From NCBI GenBank assembly GCA_951406725.2, contig OX597815.1:46872001-46936000 (forward strand): 64,000 nt of DNA, given 5' to 3'. This stretch comes from Octopus vulgaris. Taxonomy: Eukaryota. The notes beneath the pieces are model-generated. The model saw only the letters and a list, made by a program, of their open reading frames with translations, did not search any database and was not told the origin of the DNA. Numbering within the stretch: position 1 is the first letter of the stretch; each line of letters starts with the position of its first letter. This document shows positions 13,107 to 26,690 of the stretch, piece by piece. Made by a program: the position numbers and the translations under genes.

Positions 13107-13923
13107 TGTACTAACACATACAAAGACACACTAAGCACATATACAGATGGTGTATTAAGCAATAATGATGTCTGGGTTCGATTTCACTGTAACATCATTT
13201 TCTATAACTTCGAGCAGACGCATATCTTATAAGTGAAAGCAGATAGACAGACGCTGTATATTAAGCCCAGCGGGTGGAATACATCTCTAATGTGAACATC
13301 ATTCCGTTAGTTGTAAGACATTTTTAAGCCTTGTCTTTATGTTTGTTCATATCTTTACAACGAAGCCTTTGGGGAACAAAACAAAACAAAAATCAAAGAA
13401 TGAAAGAATTCCATTGAAAAGAAAACTAAACTGAATAGAACTGACTGAGACTCCTTCCTTAATCTTTTGCCTTCAATATTCATCGATTTTCACTTTGCTT
13501 TATTCGTTTAAAAAAGTTTTTTCTTCATTTATTAATCATATGATGAAGACTCAATAAATGAAAGAAGCACACACGCGTGCACGCGCAAGAACATATACAG
13601 TAGGTGCATTATACAATCACGAAGTCTGGGTCTCGGTATCACTGGGTGGCTTCATTTTCTATAGCCTCGGATGCACTAATACCATATAAGCGAAAGCAGA
13701 TTAGACACTATACTAAATCTGGCTTGTTGATTGTCAAAGGTTCGCCTTTGTCGCACAATTTTGCACTGATTCTGTTTGATATTGGAATACTCACCCACAT
13801 GCAATGGACCTCATAGAACAGTTAAAATTCATTTATTATACTCACACACAAACACATACACAAACACACACACACATACATACATACATACATACATACA
13901 TACATACATACATACATACATAC

Positions 13924-14740
13924 ATTGTTAACAAAATTGGTGATGAGTATTTACAACAGTGGGATGAACCTACATATAAGCAGATTAACGCCTGTCTATA
14001 CGAGCTGGCTACTTCTGTAAACCAGTACATGAATGATATTCAAAAAGTAAACAAAATCGAAATAACAAAGGAAGTATCATCATGGATTTTCAATACAGAG
14101 AAAAAGATATCTGGTTTACGGAAGACCATCAGTCATGTAATGATGCATATTGCATGCAAGCAAGCAAATCACTATACGTCCCACCAACAGAAAGTAAAGA
14201 ATGTGATAGAAATGATGTTTGGAGACAGCAAAAGGGCACACTCACTTGCAAACTGATTACCGTAAAGCAGGAGCTAAAAGCTGTCAGTGAAAAACTCCGA
14301 CATCAGAAGAGAATAGCTGAGAGAACAATAAACAAAAAATTTAACCGCAACCAGGTAGCGGTATACAGAGACATGAGAGGAGGAGTAATAAATATCACGG
14401 GAGTTCCCTCACGTGAAAATATAGACTCCTTCTGGAGGAAAATGTGGAGCGAGGAGAATGAATTTAACCAAGATGCTCTGTGGCTGGAAGAAAATTTGTT
14501 GCGCTTGCGTTACATCCAAGACATTGATGGTGAAAGTACGGCTGAACTTGGGATCTTCGGGTGAGAATGCAAGTTCTTAATTCCTATGCTACAAACGATC
14601 GCAAAATCTGAGACTATAAAAACTTGCAAAACCTTCTTAAGATTTACAGATGATCGTTAAAATAAGATACTTTCCTTCACGGCCTTGCTATCAAGTAGGT
14701 GGCCTCTCATATTTCACCTTAAATTAAAACGAAAAAGAGA
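13924..14740 (+). mobile_element. Internally deleted R4/Dong-like (RLE) non-LTR retrotransposon
   Basis: INKKFNRNQVAVYRDMR..PSRENIDSFWRKMWSEENEFNQDALWLEE (pre-RT region) fused to C-terminal LQTIAKSETIKTCKTFLRF; follows (TACA)n. Confidence 0.7.
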
Positions 14741-15084
14741 ACACACATGATAATTGCCTCATCCTGTCAGATGGCAACCGTCTGACATTCAGCTCGAGTG
14801 TTCTGATTTACTTTCAAACTTGCATGTGCACAGATATGACTTTATACGTTGCCACGCATCGATCGCCTTAGGTCTTTATTAAAATATAAAACAGATCAGG
14901 AACTGAAATTAAAGTAAAACATCTGTTCCTCATTGGATATAAGTGACAAAAACTTGTACAACATTTTTGCCACTCTAGTAGGTTCCAATGAGAAGCGTTA
15001 CATGATGACTGGTACTATTTTGATTCCATGCTTTATATCAGGGTATCTTTCTCCTTTGTCAAAAATAACAATAGCCTCCTCTAC

Positions 15085-15245
15085 TTCTGGGAAACCTATT
15101 TAGCCCATAGATGGGACCCTGGCAGTGAGTACCGTTCCGGCTCAGAACGGACCTGTGAGTAATGGTAACTAAGGGTGACTCTATGCTCCCTACAGCTTTA
15201 GAACTCCTAGACTGGAGTCTCACCACCGGATGCAGTTTAATGTTA
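15085..15245. mobile_element. Interspersed repeat family E (second copy ~39210-39360)
   Basis: ATAGATGGGACCCT..CAGAACGGACC..CTCACCACCGGATGCAGTTTAA is similar to the 39210 copy. Confidence 0.55.
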
Positions 15246-15571
15246 TGCATACATACATACATACATATATACATGCATACATACATACATACATACATAC
15301 ATGCATGCATGCATACATACATACATACATACATACATACATACATACATACATACATACATACAAACATACATACATAGCTGTTTCCGTTATAACAATC
15401 ACCACACTCAGAGCTAATGAAAGTGATTACGTAATTCCTGATCTTTTGCCTTTCGTTAAATGATTTACGCCCTGTACTCTTCTGACGTTTTACTCTAAAG
15501 CCTAAGTATGCTGATGTTCTAACAACTGGTTGTTTCTATCGTTATGCCTAAACGAAATCATAATGTATATA

Positions 15572-15669
<98 letters not shown>

Positions 15670-15714
15670 CGCGCGTGTGTGTGCGCGTGTGTGTGTGTAT
15701 GTGTGTGAGTGTGT

Positions 15715-16052
15715 GAAGGCGCATGGCTCAGTGGTTAGAGAATCGGGCTCACAATCATGAGGTAGTGAATTCGATACCCGGACAGGGCTGTGTATTGTGT
15801 TCTTGAACGAGACATTTTATTTCACGTTGCACCAGTCCACTCAGCTGTAGATATGAGTTGTGACGCTACGGGTGTCAAGCTGTGTCAGCCTCTGCATTTC
15901 CCTTGGATAGCATTGGTGGCGTGAAGAAGGGAGGTTGGTATGCATGAGCGACTGCTGGTCTTCCATAAACAACCTTGCATGGACTTGCGCCTCGGAGGGT
16001 AACATTTTAGGGGCAATCTCATGGTCATTCATGGCTCAAGGGAGTCTTTAGC
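15715..16052 (+). mobile_element. SINE with family C head and an alternative tail
   Basis: Head and CORE-like part as at 8231; tail matches the solo tail at 48105-48215. Confidence 0.8.
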
Positions 16053-16081
16053 TTTGAGTGTGTGTGTGTGAGGGGGGGTGT

Positions 16082-16136
<55 letters not shown>

Positions 16137-16904
16137 AGACCTGGAGGAAAACCATTATAACGAGAGCCCTTCAGCGACGCACTGCCAGCTGCCCACTGTG
16201 CCCCAACTGAGAAGAAAATTATACTAATCTACAAAGTGATCTGGGTGATAGCAGTTTGTTGATGACATAGACCGAATCTTGGAAGGGTCTGCGAGAAGTT
16301 TCGAGGAATGCCGACTAAAAACTATGGTTAGCAGCATAGAGTACATTGTTGTTGAAAGATTTGAGTCAAATCTTGCCAAATTTGTCCTATCAGCTTAACC
16401 CCCTATCCAATGAGTAATTTAGGAAAGAATTCAAGCCACTCTGAAGGCAATACAAGGAAGCAGGAGTGGTTGAGAAACCCAGCTTAGCAGTTCTTCGAAC
16501 GGTTCTCAGGAATGTGTATCTGATTCTATAGAGAGAAAGAAAGCTAGACAATAGCGTGTGTGTGTGTGTGTGTGTGTGTGCGTGAGAGAGAGTGAGAGAA
16601 GAGTAGGGACAAGGATGAGAACAGCATTTCTGGCTAACGCCTTCATGTTGACGCAGTATTTCTTTTGTCACAAGATGATGGCCCGTTTGTTCTACGCCAA
16701 CTCTCACCTCGCGTTTTTGCTTAAGCTGACAGTTATGTCTACTCATCGGATACGAAGTTTCATTGATTATCGCAAAGTTGACACATTAATTTCATAAGAA
16801 AAGAAAGTACTACCAAGTTTTAGAAACGAAGCGGTTTGTACTTGAAAATAACCACAAATGAAAATTTTGCTAAATTTAACACATACACACACGCGCGGCG
16901 CATA

Positions 16905-17060
16905 CAACGGGCTTCTTTCAGTTTCCGACTACCAAATATACTTACAAGGCTTTGGTCGGCCCAAGACTATAGTGGAAGACATTTGCCCAAGGTGCTACGC
17001 AGTGGCACTGATCCCCAAACCATGTGGTCGGGAACCAAGCGTCTTACCACGGAGCCACAC
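16905..17060 (-). mobile_element. SINE family B 5' half
   Basis: Reverse complement of 5836-5996. Confidence 0.8.
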
Positions 17061-17074
17061 CTATACATACATAC

Positions 17075-17144
<70 letters not shown>

Positions 17145-17165
17145 GGGGAGAGAAAGAAAGAAAGA

Positions 17166-17199
<34 letters not shown>

Positions 17200-17727
17200 A
17201 CAACAACTGGTAAAATTTTAAATTAATTAAAAAGAAATTTTCTTTGTAGTCGATTCTTTAAACATTGTAAATTACATTTCTACAAAAAAATTTCGAGCAT
17301 CTTCTTTAAAGTGTTATTTTCATCTTAATCTTTAAACTCTAACCGTAACTCATAACTTTAAAATCCAGCATGAAATAGCAGAAATATAAATTGTGTCGGG
17401 AGACAATATATATGTATATATTTCAATATGTGCGCTGATAGTAACGCTCTTTATTTACTTTCACTATTTTCTTCCGCTTTTCTTTTTAGATTCTTTCCTC
17501 ACCCTACTGTAAATCGTCTTGCACAAAAGGAAGTATATTTAATATGGGTACAGGGATGGCTATGTGGTTAAGAAGCGTGTTTAAGGGATGGCTATGTGTT
17601 TAAGAAGTTCGTTTTGTATTCAGTTCCACCGATCGGCATCTTGGTAAAGTGTCCTGGTTTATAAATAACCCAGGGCTGATCAATAACTTATGCGGGAATT
17701 TGGTTGACGGAAACTGTGTGGAAGCCT

Positions 17728-17769
<42 letters not shown>

Positions 17770-18079
17770 TATATACAGAGAGAGAGAGAGAGAAAGAGAA
17801 AGAGAATAATCAAAGGAATATATATATAATCAAATAATACACCTAATACACCATCGGGATTTACACTACGTCGGACACCCTGAAGTATGCTAAGAATGTA
17901 CAACCAACTTAACGTGTGCTTTGGACCAGAGTATTTTATCTGATATTTATCAACCATAGGTGGTGACCACATGATTATCAAACCCTACCTAGTACTTATC
18001 TTTTCGAGTACCAGATTCTATCTGAATCCTTATATATATATATATATTATCCAATTTGTATAGTATTAAATATCCATTA

Positions 18080-18173
18080 CGGCTGTTCTTACCAATCGGT
18101 TTCGCGTAAAGAATATAATGGAATGTTAGGTAACAAACCGATTAAACAGCTTTATGCTCATCAGAGTTAGCCG
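18080..18173 (-). ncRNA. Type I hammerhead ribozyme motif
   Basis: cggctaact CTGATGA gcataaag..ctttacgc GAAA cc gatt gg TA agaacagccg. Confidence 0.7.
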
Positions 18174-18278
18174 ACATGGAAGGGTATATGACGATTATAA
18201 TATTCTTTATACATCCTTCACAGATTTGGAATATTACAACCTGGGATATTCAACAAGCTGCCATATTCCCTTCCATAT

Positions 18279-18372
18279 CGGCTAACTCTGATGAGCGTAA
18301 AGTTATATAATCGGTTCCTTATCTAACACTCCATTGTATTGTTTACGCGAAACCGGCTGGTAAGACCACCCG
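18279..18372 (+). ncRNA. Type I hammerhead ribozyme motif
   Basis: CTGATGA (18288-94), stem II GCGTAAA/TTTACGC, GAAA (18349-52), stem III ACC/GGT, predicted cleavage after GUA (18362). Confidence 0.7.
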
Positions 18373-18664
18373 TGATGGATAGTTAATACTATGCATTTCG
18401 GATAAAATACACACTCTACTGCTAGATATATGAGTGCATCTTTTCCCTGACTTATGTTCTTTTAGACGGTTCACGCGCGTATATATATATATATATAAAT
18501 GTATATACATGCATATAAATACATACATACACACATATACATATATGTATATATTTATGTACATGTATATAATTACATACACATACATATATATACACAT
18601 ATAAATATACACCTATACACAGTTGCACAACCACACATGTGTGTGTGTGTATATATATATATAA

Positions 18665-18724
<60 letters not shown>

Positions 18725-19301
18725 CTTTGTGTGTGTGTGTATGCGTGTCTGTTGCTGTTTTGTTTATGTTCCTGTAAACAGCAGTTCAGCAGAAAAAAAG
18801 AGAAACAGATGGAATAAGTAGCAGATTTTGAAATAAATAATAGGGTACTTTTATTCGAGTAAAACCCGTCAAGAGGGTACCCTAATATGGCTATAATTCA
18901 ATGACTGAAACAATAAACATATCTGTGTCCTTCTCTCTAAGAAAATATGTGACCTTTTGCCAATGTGAGGAATAGATATTCTATATCTGGCAATCTTCCT
19001 GACAATGATTTAAAAGAAAAATTCCCGCTTAGTCAGGCTTTTTAACATATATATGGCTGATACCAGCATGAATATTTAATCAATGTGGGCCTGAATAATT
19101 TTCAATATTTTCTTAGGCGAATACTTCATCACAAAGTAAAGATAGAATGGTCAATTCTGTAACAACATTTCTCATACTTCTCTACATCTTCACAATCAAA
19201 GCTCAAAGCCACTATACAACAGTGTTAGCGATGCTCCTTGAAGATGCTAGTTTCATTTTCTGGTATTCATTCCCGGTCATGATTGCTTCAGACAAACATT
19301 T

Positions 19302-19514
19302 TTTCTACTACAGGTATGATGCCTGAAATTTGTGAAGAGAGGGCTAGTCGATTATATTGACCCCTAGTACTTAACTTGTATTTACTTTATCGACCCCGAA
19401 AGAATGAAAAGCAAAGTTGACTTCGGCGGAATTTGAAATCAGAACGTAAAGACGGACAAAATGCTGCTAAGCGTTTTGTCCGGCATGCTAACGATTCCTC
19501 CCGCTCACCGCCTT
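19302..19514 (-). mobile_element. SINE family A
   Basis: Reverse complement of the family A consensus. Confidence 0.85.
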
Positions 19515-20227
19515 AGGCGAATTTATAAATACTGCATCAAAATAGATTTTATTGTTTTGGAGTGCGTTTTGTATCTCTTTTGAAGTTCGATCATAATTTT
19601 AACTACTCTTCAATTAAAATTGATGTTGATCTGATTCAATTAAGTTTTCTACTGAGTTTATTACACTGCAAATGTTCGATCTTCGCTCTTCTTTTCGGCA
19701 TTTCTTTGAAATATTTTAGTGTATAGTAAATGCACCTATTAGGTCACTTCGTTAAGTTACAGAGCAAAGCAGAAGCGATAAAAATAACAACACTTATGAA
19801 TTGGTTCACAAATCTTCGTATGCTGAAGACTATTGGTGTTGTTTAACACTAAGTAGTCTCTGATCGAGCAGACTTGAAATCAAACACATTCTAGTTATAG
19901 CGAGAGCCGTCTTAGCATGATATACCTGTGAGCAAATCAATGAATTGGGCCTAATAGTTTATACTTATTGACAACAAATCACAACAAACATAAATAAGAG
20001 ATTGGGTCCCTGGACAACTATCCAGTGTAACCATGCTTTAAGACAACTCAGATCATGATTATACTGCAATATTTATGCAGATGATATTCATATATGTATA
20101 CACATATGCACACGCGTTCGCGTATATGCATACGTGTATATACTTGTATACGTGCATATATATACGTATACATATATGTAAATATGCATATATACGTATA
20201 TATGTATATATGTATATATACCTATAT

Positions 20228-20261
<34 letters not shown>

Positions 20262-20572
20262 ATATAAATATACATACATGCTTCTCTCAATATATATGTA
20301 TATATGCCAATATATATACACGTGCATATATATATATAAATTTAAATAATGAGGGTGAAAATTAATATTAATTAAATTAATATCAATTTAAACCAGTGGC
20401 CTAGCATATTTAAAAATATCCTAAGATTTAGAAAAATTATATTACATACATATAAGAGGAATGACCACTGGGTGGATTCCTAATATGGTAAAGGTAGGCT
20501 CCAAGAAATTTCGGCAAACGCCAGAACGTAAAGCGAGCAAGACAAATGAAAAGATACAAAATTTTGTGATAA

Positions 20573-20638
20573 GTCACATACCTAGATTTCATTGTTACTA
20601 TTTACATTACGTAAACATCTGCAAATCATCAGTGTGAC
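20573..20638 (-). ncRNA. Type I hammerhead ribozyme motif within a ~400-bp microsatellite-flanked element (20341-20745)
   Basis: gtcaca CTGATGA ..tttacgtaatgtaaa.. GAAA t ctag g TA tgtgac; perfect 6-bp stem I, palindromic loop III. Confidence 0.7.
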
Positions 20639-20754
20639 CGTCATGGAAAATATAATTTACAGAACTATACACTAGACGTCCCCCCGAGAGAGAACATGTA
20701 TACAGTTCTATCAATTATATTTGGGGGTATATTTCAAATGTCTTCGTTTTGGCT

Positions 20755-20808
<54 letters not shown>

Positions 20809-20899
20809 CTCACACCTATCTATCTATCTATTTATATATACATATTTATATATACGTATATATCTACATATATATATATTTATTATATAGTTACATGTA

Positions 20900-21793
20900 T
20901 TGGATCATCTCATAAATAATGCGGTTATTTTCAGTTGCATGTACTAAAAGTCGGAGTGGGGACAGGATAAACTACCTGCATCAACTTGTTATAAAAGCAG
21001 GTTGTAATTGTACCTTGTACTTATTCATAATGCAAGTTTTGGAGAGTGCGGTTCGATTTTAACTGCTATATTTTCAAAGCTATAATGGAAGTGACAAAGG
21101 AGCATATTCGGCATATTTTGCTTTATTAGTTCAGTAAAGGCAACAACGTAACAGAAAGTGCGAGGAATATTAATGCAGTATATGGAGATCGGACAAGCGT
21201 AAGTCGGTGTCAATGGTGGTTCCAGAAATTCAGAGCCGAAAACTAGTTTAGAAGACGAGCCTCATCCTGGAAGATCTGTAGAGCTCGACGAAGACATCCC
21301 GCAAACCCTGGTGGAACAAAATCCCATCGTAACTGTTGATGAACAAGCAGAGAAGCTTGGATATGGTCATTTAACCATTCACTGATACCTGCGCTAGAAG
21401 AAAAATGACCATCATTGGTTTCAAGACGAAAGGTGTTCTTCCATCACAATAATGCTCGCACACATATAGGGAGGATGACATTCCAAAGGCTAGGGCAGTT
21501 TGATTGGGAAACGATGCCCCACCCATTATATTCGCCGTACATTGCCCCATCTGATTATCATTTATGCCACAGTCTTCAAAATCTTTTCGACGGAAAATAT
21601 ATGAATTCTGCAGACGAGGAGTGTTTTTCGTCACGGACAAGTGAATTTTGGGAGAGGGGCCTACTAAATAGACGGAAGAACATTGTAGAAAATGAAGGAG
21701 AGTACATTTTAGATTAAAAAAGAACTTTGCTTATCTTAATTTTGAAAAGTAAAAAGTAGTATAAAATATCGCATTATTTATGGGATAACCCAA
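20900..21793 (+). mobile_element. Internally deleted mariner transposon
   Basis: TIRs TTGGATCATCTCATAAATAATGCG / CGCATTATTTATGGGATAACCCAA, TA TSDs, remnants MEVTKEHIRHILLY and HPLYSPYIAPSDYHL. Confidence 0.93.
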
Positions 21794-22120
21794 TACATAT
21801 ACGTATTATACATCTACATGTAGACACACACACACGCACACACACACACACACACATACACACACATATATATACATACATATATATATATATATAAACA
21901 TATATATACATATACTATATATACATATATATGCATATATATACATATATATGCATACATACATATACATACATATACATACATATACATATACGTACAT
22001 ATGTATACATATATATGTATATATATATATATATATATATTGTTCGTTTGTTTTCCACCTGCCTTCGTCTTTTGTTTATTTTCATAAAGCTTCCCGTTAT
22101 ATATATATATATATATACAT

Positions 22121-22201
<81 letters not shown>

Positions 22202-23043
22202 CGTATGAGTGTGTGTATATTGCACGCGCGTGTATGTGTATTTGAATATGTGCGTCCATGCGTGCTTCTCTGTTTATGTGTATGCGTGTATATATAGATT
22301 GATGTAGACAGATTGTTTCGCAATTATTTATCTAAATAATTATAATAATTAATCCCTTTCTCCGCGAAATTAAAACGCAAGACATATATATTCTCATTAT
22401 TTTAAAAGGGTTTGTAAGAGTAAATTGCTTGCATCTGTTTGTATTATTGAAAGAAAATGAGGTGAAAATGGTTGACAGAAAGAGAGTATGACGCTAACAC
22501 ACATATGCATAAAAGTATATACATGCACACGAACAAACGCACACATGCACACACGCACACATACGCACATAATGAGGGCGAAGACGAATAGGGCAAAAGT
22601 GAGGAAGACATATCACTTTAGAGAGAAGTGTTAGACCAGGAAAATGATAACAGAAAAAAATAAGATAGATATCCAAAGATAGAAAAATGTGGGGGAAGCG
22701 AATGAGACGCGCGCACGCGTGCGTGTGAGTGTGTATGTGCGCCTGCGCGCATGTGTGACATGACGTGAGTCAACGATAAATCAGAGAACAAACAGTAACA
22801 TGTTATTATCAAAATGCAATTCAGTAATTAAAAAAATATACATATTAATTAATTATTTTTTCTGTCATATATATGTATATATCCATACATACGTACATAC
22901 ATATGCGGTAATGTTTCGTATTTCATTATTGTGTCATTGAATTTCGTTGCAGAAAACAATGAATTTATAGATATTATGGAAGTCTGAAAACAGAACAACA
23001 ACGAAGCGATATATACAGTACAAAAACAAAGCAGTCACCTATA

Positions 23044-23249
23044 CAGTAATTCCTCGCTATATCGCGATTCGCGTATCGCGCGCTCAGTACATCGCGGGTG
23101 TTTCTGGCTAATATATGTAAATTTATATCGCAGATTCCTCAGTATATCGCGGGTTTCTGCAGCTGATCGGTATTTTTGTTTTTTGAGATTTTAATTATTT
23201 CTGTGGGAGGCTTTGGAGCGTAACACCTGCGATAGCCGAGGGATTACTG
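23044..23249. mobile_element. pogo/Tigger-like MITE
   Basis: TIR CAGTAATTCCTCGCTAT / ATAGCCGAGGGATTACTG with TA TSDs. Confidence 0.8.
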
Positions 23250-23454
23250 TACATAAACAAACATAAATCAGTGTTACATTTTGCCAAAATCTGAAGCTAC
23301 CGAGACTGAGGTTGATTACCAGAAATGGTGCTAACATCTACAAGGAGGAGCGCTAATACAGTTGTGTAGTCGCATTTGAGCCCTGATACTGAAGATGTAG
23401 AGAAGAATGAGAAACAATGTTACAGAATTGACCATTCCATCTTTACTTTGAAGA

Positions 23455-23720
23455 ATTTTTAAGCCCGGTTCTTATCTTAGCGGTCTACCGAATCACTTAG
23501 TTGCGAGGACGTAAACACGGCAACACCGGCTATCAAGCAATGGTAGGACACACACATGCACACACATATGCATAGACGGGCTTTTTTCAGTTTCCGTCTA
23601 CCAAATCCTCTCACAAGGCTTTGGTCAATCCGAGGCTATAGCAGAGGTCACTTGTCCAAGGTGCCATGCAATGGGACTGAGCCTAGCACCATGTGACTAG
23701 GAAGCAAGCTTCCCACCACA
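23455..23720 (-). mobile_element. SINE family B
   Basis: Reverse complement of family B. Confidence 0.8.
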
Positions 23721-23944
23721 AAACTACGTTTTACCATGTTTTATCTTTCAATTTTTACTTGTTTACCATGTTTTATCTCGTATCTTTTACTTATTTCAGT
23801 CATTAATCTATGGTCATGCCGGGACACCACCTTGACGAATTTCAGTCGAACGAATGTACCCAGTGGTTATTCTACCGGTTCTTTTGCCGAACTGCCAAGT
23901 TAAGGGAACATAAATACATCAAAAACTGCTGTTTTAAGTTTCAC

Positions 23945-24440
23945 CTAATGTTTATGTATTTGGAGGATATGACCCTTTTTTTAGGACTTGTGGAAAAACA
24001 AGGGAAGGGAAAGGTGGTTGCTCACATGTATGTGTGGGGAAGAAGATGATATGCGCAGACTGTGTTGCTGTAATAACCATTCTGCTTCATGTATTCTTTT
24101 GTGTTGTTTGTGACTGGTCTCACTTTGTTGATAAGTAGGTTGCCCCTTTTACGTTGAGTGACCCTGATGAATACCATAAAATCCTGGGTTTGGTAACTCA
24201 GTACAACAGAGACACTCCTAAAATCATGGAAGCCCTCCTTATCAACAAAACCAGACCAGCCATAAATAACAGAAAAGAACTACATGAAACATACTTGTTA
24301 CAATAGCAACACAGTCGGTGTATATCACCTTTCTTCCTCGCTCCACATCTGAGTAACGACCATCCTTCACCTTTTCACGTTTCTTGAAAAAGTGGTTATA
24401 GCCCCGAAATATACTTATGTACCGTAAAACTACACCTTTA
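23945..24440. mobile_element. Second Penelope-like 3' end present as an inverted pair
   Basis: 24220-24306 translates KIMEALLINKTRPAINNRKELHETYLLQ*; 23945-24146 is a diverged reverse complement of 24230-24420. Confidence 0.7.
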
Positions 24441-24569
24441 TTTCGTTTTGCATTCTTTTTTGTAGTTTACTTTTATATCTTGCACTGTTCCGGCTATACA
24501 CAAGTCTGTTTCTTGTGATATCAGACAATATTTCATCAAAATCACCCCATTTAACACACACACGGCGTC

Positions 24570-25816
24570 TTTCTCTCCGTTGTAGCTGAATCAAGGAAGA
24601 TGTGTTCTTGTCTGTCTCTTATCCAAGCTTGATTCACGCGTTCGCCACCACAACCTCGTTTGGACTTAGCAGCCCTTCCTGTTTGTTTTCACTGTTCCGC
24701 TTGTGTTACCAATTTTGACCCTCCGCAAAATCCCTAATTTTATTTAATTTGCTTTGCAGGAGCAACTGTTTTATCGAAAGCGTATCTTGTTGTTAAATAC
24801 TCGAAATACAAGAGTAGAAAAACAGCCAACAACTGACGAAGGATCGTTCTCTGTGTTGTTGGTTTTGTTTTCCATTTGTGTCTTTCGTTATTCGAAAAAT
24901 AGTTCATATTGCATGTACTCGTACTTCGTATTTTTGTTGCACACATTTCGTGACTTCCTGTGCCCACATATTTATATATATACATATAGATGTAACTATG
25001 CACATATACGTGTATACATATGCATATATATATTATTTATATTATTATATGTTTGAACGCCACTCATCCTCTTCCAAGTAAGTTTTATCTCAATAATTCT
25101 GATGGGCACTCTACTATTTATTTACTCTTTCGTTTTTGTCTCTTTCTCTCTCTTATTCTTTTACCCTCTCATCTCCCATTATTCTATCCTATTATTCTTT
25201 TGTTTGTTCTCTCTTATTCTTCCACCTCCTCTTCTCCCCTCTTGTTTTTTTTTTTCACTTATCCTATCTTCAAGTTTCCCCTCCCCTTCACAGGTATCTA
25301 TTTGTCACTCTCTCCCTCACTCTTAGACACTTGCTCACGTGGCTACCACATGACCATCGGCCATCTTTCCTCTCCTAACTTGTATTTCTTTCTTTCTCTC
25401 CGTTGTAGTTGGATCATGGAAGACATGTTCTTGTCTGTCTCCTGTCCAAGCTTGATTCACGCGTTCGCTACCACAACCTCGTTTAGACTTAGCAGCCCTT
25501 CCTGTGTTTTCACTGTCCTGTTTGTGTCACCAACTTTAACCCTCCGCAAAATCCCGGATATTATTTAATCTGCTTTGCGGTAGCAACTGTTTTATCGAAA
25601 GCGTATCTTGTTGTTAAATGCTCGAAATACGAGAATAGTGAAACAGCTAACAACTGATGAAGGATCGTTCTTTGTGTTGTTTGTCTTGTTTTCCATTTGT
25701 GTCTTTCGTTATATATGCACAGGGCGTCACGAAGCACGTACAACAAATATACGAAGTACGAGTACATGCAATATAAACTAGTTTTCGAATAACGAAAGAC
25801 ACAAATGGAAAACAAG
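24570..25816 (+). repeat. Two copies of a ~390-bp repeat, the second with its 3' end inverted
   Basis: 24570-24964 vs 25392-25711 direct; 25716-25816 is the reverse complement of 24866-24964. Confidence 0.85.
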
Positions 25817-26690
25817 GTATTCGTGTGTGTCTGTGTGTGTAATGATTTATATCCAAAGAGTTTTTACCCAATATTTAAACGCTATTAGTTATCTTTGTCT
25901 GCTCCGAGATTCACCGTTCCAAAAAGGAATTATTTCACGTTCTCTCGAAATCTATGAATTCAAATGGCGTCAATATGTGTGTAAGTGTGTTTACGTACAC
26001 GCCACTTTTGTAGATACAAACACAGGAAAGAGTACTAATTACTCTTCATTATAACTGCAATTAATATTAAGAGGACGCGCGTGTGAATGTGTGCATATGC
26101 ATGTATGCCTGTATGCATTTATGTGGTACGTTATGTATTTTAACAAGCAGTGAGAGAATTCACTTTAGAAGAAGAGTTAATCAATTTGTAAAACAACCGT
26201 AGACATGCCAGCTAACCTTGATTTCTTTTAAGAAGTATGGCATAATCAGGAACAGGGTATATCCCAGTATGATACATATTACAACCATCAGACCTAGCTG
26301 AAAAAAAACACGGCCTCAGTACCTGGATAGGTTTATACTTGCAAACGCAACCTTGTCTATATAATTAACTTGGAGTTTTACTGAATGTAAGAAATCCCAG
26401 AAACTTCATACTTTTGCTTCCTGTATTTGATCTGTTTCAAACTCAACGGGTTGGTTATGATATGAGAAAGACGGGGAAAAACTGCCACATTATGATTTTA
26501 AATACATTGTGCTGGATTAGCTAAATGGAAATAGAAGTTGTGAACTATATTAATAAGTATCGATTTCTCGATCTGTATTTGCATTAATTCCATATAAATT
26601 TTTAATAAACCTTTGTGAAACATTATGTAGATCGAAGCAAATTTCCAGTAAATAGTTAAATATCTAAAGGCTTTATTCTGAAAAGTAAAA

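Larger units (their letters stand above)
18047..18478. mobile_element. Inverted-arm element in (TA)n with two hammerheads
   Basis: 18047-18190 is the reverse complement of ~18262-18405. Confidence 0.8.

Noticed and set aside
17870-17970. CACC-CTGAAGT..AACCATAGGT-GGTG hammerhead-like remnant
   Set aside because: Too many core deviations to call.
24160-24200. CTGATGA with a TACCA/TGGTA stem
   Set aside because: No GAAA or UH follows.
24770-24860. Possible type II hammerhead (GAAA..TC TTGTT..AACAA CTGACGA)
   Set aside because: Stem I is plausible but stems II and III do not pair convincingly.
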